A DNA stretch of 29,768 nucleotides, from assembly GCA_018985225.1 (NCBI GenBank), contig JADGIF010000040.1, positions 1 through 29,768 on the forward strand, given 5' to 3'. This DNA comes from Amoeboradix gromovi X-113 (taxonomy: Eukaryota; Fungi; Sanchytriomycota). A program made the translations under genes and the position numbers. Below the pieces are notes generated by a model. The model had not been told where the DNA came from and ran no database searches. It saw nothing but the letters and a program-made list of their open reading frames with translations. Positions 29,733-29,768 of the stretch are shown here, piece after piece. Position 1 is the first letter of the stretch; every line of letters begins with the position of its first letter.

Positions 29733-29768
29733 TCCAAATTGGTTTTCTTTAGAGTGCCACATATTGTA
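29733..29768 (-). mobile_element. Second Family I Zn-ribbon fragment running off the window
   Basis: Reads TICGTLKKTNL and matches 7076-7107. Confidence 0.7.

Noticed and set aside
1-29768. Targets for the candidate guides elsewhere in the window
   Set aside because: No convincing second-site match seen by eye; a computed genome-wide search is needed.

Overview
AT-rich, gene-dense, nearly intron-free eukaryotic DNA read in the standard code. It is most consistent with a compact early-diverging fungus; a sanchytrid-like genome is only my inference. Housekeeping genes: Trm4/NSUN2, a GRAM/VASt lipid-transfer protein, Bfr2, Nop10, Glc8/inhibitor-2, an MFS transporter, Cbp3, an SLC35F-like protein, a Nit1-type nitrilase, Ypk1/Gad8 and a Ubc4-type E2. 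Lineage-specific genes: an F-box-like protein, two 7TM-RGS paralogs, a repeat-rich 736-aa protein and two small secreted proteins. Two genes need 19-nt and 20-nt GT-AG introns. The intergenic DNA holds about 10 internally deleted copies of two unrelated Fanzor (eukaryotic TnpB) element families. Family I (6 copies) is IS607-like, with a TnpA HTH remnant, a Fanzor2/TnpB Zn-ribbon plus DRDHMAARNI RuvC-III remnant, and a conserved ~115-nt structured right end that looks like an omegaRNA scaffold followed by a different flank (candidate guide) in each copy. Family T (4 copies) has ~35-bp TIRs, a Fanzor1-like C-terminus (CxxC...ERD) and its own conserved right-end structure. Decayed IS630/Tc1, SWIM/MULE and Ty3/gypsy integrase fragments are also weakly visible. 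No full-length nuclease lies in the window. All alignments and folds were done by eye.
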